From assembly GCA_030390025.1 (NCBI GenBank), contig CM059438.1, positions 57,724,001 to 57,788,000 of the forward strand: a DNA stretch of 64,000 nucleotides, written 5' to 3'. The stretch comes from Squalus acanthias. Lineage: Eukaryota. The notes beneath the pieces are model-generated. The model ran no database searches and was not told where the DNA came from. It saw only the letters and a list, made by a program, of their open reading frames with translations. Position numbers and translations under genes: made by a program. Shown here piece by piece: positions 60,500 through 64,000 of this stretch. Numbering within the stretch: position 1 is the first letter of the stretch; every line of letters starts with the position of its first letter.

Positions 60500-63400
60500 A
60501 AGGTAGCATAATGGTAATGCTACTGGGCTAGTAATCCAGAGGCCTGGACTAATGAGCCAGCGACGTGAGTTCAAATCCCACCGCGGCAGCTGGGGAATTT
60601 AAATTAAGTTAATTAAATAAATCTGGAATAAAAAGCTAGTATCAGTAATGGTAAAAACCCATCTGGTTCACTAATGTCCTTGAAGGAAGAAAATCTGCCG
60701 TCCTTACCTGGTCTGGCCTAAATGTGACTCCAGACCCACAGCAATGTGGTTGAATGGCCTCTTAAATGGCCTAACAAGCCACTCAGTTGTAACAAATTGC
60801 TACAAAACACAATAATAAGAATAAACCGGATGGATCAACCTCAGCACCGGTCTATGAACACGACAACGGCACACCCAGTCCAGTCGACCCTGCAAAGTCC
60901 TCCTCACCAACATCTGGGGACTTGTGCCAAAATTGGGAGAGCTGTCCCACAGACTCGTCAAGCAATAGCCTAACAGAGTCATACTCACAGAATCTATCCC
61001 ATTTAGCACGTCGTGGAGGGCGTGAAGACGGGATCTCGATGTCCTGTCCCACCGGCAGGATAGACCCACCAGGGGTAGTGGTATACAGTCCAGAAGTGGC
61101 CCTGGGAGTCCTCAACATTGACTCCGGACCGCATGAGGTCTCATGGCTTCAGGCCAAGCATGGGCAAGAAAACCTCCTGCTGATTACCACCTACCGCCCT
61201 CAGCTGATAAATCAGTACTCCTCCATGTTGAACACTACTTGGAAGAAGCACTGAGAGTAGCAAGGGCACAGAATGTATTCTGGGTGGGGCAATTCAATAT
61301 CCATCACCAAGAGTGGCTCGGTAGCACCACTATTGGCCGAGTCCTGAGGACATGGTGTGCGACAGGGGGTGAGAGAACCAACACGAGGAAAAAACCTACT
61401 TGACCTCGTCCTCACCAATCTACCTGTCGCAGATGCATCTGTCCATGACAGCACTGGGAGCAGTGACCACCGCACAGTCATTGTGGGTCTTCACACCCTC
61501 CATCGTGTTGTGTAGCACTACCACCGTGTTAAATGGGACAGATTCAGAAGAGATCTAGCAGCTCAAAACTGGGCATCCATGAGGCACTGTGGGCCATCAG
61601 CAGCAGCAGAATTGTATTCGACCACAATCTGTAACCGCATGGCCCGGCATATCCATCATTCTACCATTACCATCACGCCAGGTGAACAACCCTGGTTCAA
61701 TAATGAGTGTAGAAGAGCATGCCATTAGCAGCACCAGGCGTACCAAAAAGTGAGGTGCCAACCTGGGGAATCTGCAACACAGGACTACATGCATGCTAAA
61801 AAGCAGAAGCAGCATGCTACAGACAGGGCTAAGCGATCCCACAATCAACGGATCAGATCAAAGCTCTGCAGTCCTGCCACATCCAGTCGTGAATGGTGGT
61901 GGACCATTGAACAACTAACGGGAGAAGGAGGCGCCATGAATATCCCCATCCTCAATGATGGTGGAGCCCAGCACGTGAGTGCAAAAGTCAAAGCTGAAAT
62001 GTTTGTAACCATCTTCAGGCAGAAGTGCCGAGTGGATGATCCATATCGGCCTCCTCCTGAGGTCCCCACCATCACAGAAACCAGTCTTCAGCCAATTCGA
62101 TTCACTCCACGTGATATCAAGAAACGGCTGAGTGCACTGGATACAGCAAAGGCTATGAGCCCCGACAACATCCTGGCTATCGTGCTCCAGAACTAGCCGC
62201 GTCTCCAGACAAGCTGTTCCAGTACATCTATAACACTGGCATCTATCCGACAATGTGGAAAACTGCCCAGGAATGTCCTGTCCACAAAAAGCAGGACAAA
62301 TTCATCCCGGCCAATTACCGCCCCATTAGTCTACTCTCAATCATCAGCAAAGTGATGGAAGGTGTCATCGACAGTGCTATCAAGCAGCAATTACTCACCA
62401 ATAACCTGCTCACTGATGCTCAGTTTGGGTTCTGCCAAGACCACTCGGCTCCAGACCTCATTACAGCCTTGGTCCAAACATGGACAAAAGAGCTGAATTC
62501 CACAGGTGAGGTGAGAGTGGCTGCCCTTGACATCAAGGCAGCATTTGACCGAGTGTGGCATCAAGGAACCCCAGTAATACTGAAGTCAATGGGAATCGGG
62601 GGGTAAACACTCCACTGGCTGGAGTCATACCTAGCACAAAGGAAGATGATTGTGATGGTTGGAGGTCAATCATCACAGCCCCAGGACATCGCTGCAGGAG
62701 TTCCTCAGGGCAGTGTCCTAGGCCCAACCATCTTCAGCTGCTTCATAAGGTCAGAAGTGGGGATGTTCGCTGATGACTGCACAGTGTTCAGTGCCATTCA
62801 CAACTCCTCAGATAATGAAGCAGTCCATGCCCGCATGCAGCAAGACCTGGACGACATTCAGGCTTGGGCTGATAAGTGGCAGGTAACATTCACGCCACAC
62901 AAATGCCAGGCAATGACTATCTCCAACAAGCAAGCGTCTAACCACCGCCCCTTGACATTCAACAGCATTACCATCACCGAATCCCCCACCATCAACATCC
63001 TGGGGGTCACCATTGACCAGAAACTTAACTGGACCAGCCGCATAAATACTGTGGCAACAAGAGCAGGTCAGAGGCTGGGTATTCTGCGGCGAGTGTCTCA
63101 CCTCCTGACTCCCCAAAGCCTTTCCACCATCTACAAGGCACAAGTCAGGAGTGTGTTGGAATACCCTCCACTTGCCTGGATGAGTGCAGCTGCAACAACA
63201 CTCAAGAAGCTCGACACCATCCAAGGCAAAGCAGCCCGCTTGATTGGCACCCCATCCACCACCTTAAACATTCATTCCCTACACCGGCGTACCGTGGCTG
63301 CAATGTTTACCAACTACAAGATGCACTGCTGCAACTCGCCAAGGCTTCTTCGGCAGCACCTCAAAACCCGCGACCTCTACCACCTAGAAGGACAAGGGCA

Positions 63401-63665
63401 GCAGGCGCATGGGAACACCACCACCTCCAAGTTCCCCTCCAAGTCACACACCATCCTGACTTGGAAGTATATCGCCGTTCCTTCATCGTCGCTGGGTCAA
63501 AATCCTGGAACTCCCTCCCTAACAGCACTGTGGGAGTACCTTCACCACACGGACTGCAGCGGTTCAAGAAGGTGGCTCACCACCACCTTCTCAAGGGCAC
63601 CTAGAGATGGGTAATAATTTCTGGCCTTGTTATTGATGCCCACATCCGATGAACAAATTTTTAAA
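60500..63665 (+). mobile_element. Near full-length decayed LINE (CR1/L2-group) with tRNA-like 5' head
   Basis: APE remnants (TTYRP, SDH), [41 protein letters not shown]. Confidence 0.88.
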
Positions 63666-64000
63666 AAGTGCCACTCCCTTCGGCCTCATCTCCACCGCTG
63701 ACCCTTGCTCCCTGTTTCTTCTCCCTCTGGGCAATGGCGCATCTGCATCTATATTGCTCCCTTCTGGCGACTTTGCCTCCACACTCCCATCCTGCTGCCC
63801 CTTTAAGGCTCCTGCCTCTTGCAACTTCTCCTTGTCTTGCCCCCTCCTGCTCCCCGAGATGTCCGACTCCCCGTCTTTCTTTGGAGTACTTACACTTACC
63901 CCCCACTACTCCCGCCTGCTCTCCCCCTGCAGACACCAGATTCTTTAGGGAGAGCCGAGCCGTATTATGACTCGACTCTACCCTCGACCCATGCTGCCCG

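Noticed and set aside
63670..64000. Pyrimidine-rich segment with ORFs in several frames
   Set aside because: No recognisable motif; probably the start of another repeat cut by the window edge.

Overview
Eukaryotic, TE-dense, mostly intronic DNA. The mix of CR1/L2 LINEs, Penelope, tRNA-SINEs and GC-rich Harbinger MITEs suggests a vertebrate, probably a cartilaginous fish (inference). The main hidden structure is a minus-strand host gene made of at least 13 symmetric (phase 2-2) microexons of 24-30 nt, spread over about 51 kb and not recoverable from the ORF track. Ten of them come as alternating B/A pairs on a ~2.7-kb genomic unit tandemly repeated about 5 times (1-~40,430, continuing off the left edge). 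Spliced, they give one open frame encoding a 20-aa Ser/Pro/Arg-rich repeat (~[20 protein letters not shown]). Each unit copy has gained its own insertions: a complete two-gene Harbinger, CR1s, a solo LTR, MITEs and a minisatellite. Further right, a decayed Harbinger holds what looks like a captured promoter plus first coding exon of the histone chaperone ASF1A. All calls are by eye; TE family names and most TE boundaries are approximate, and the host gene is not identified.
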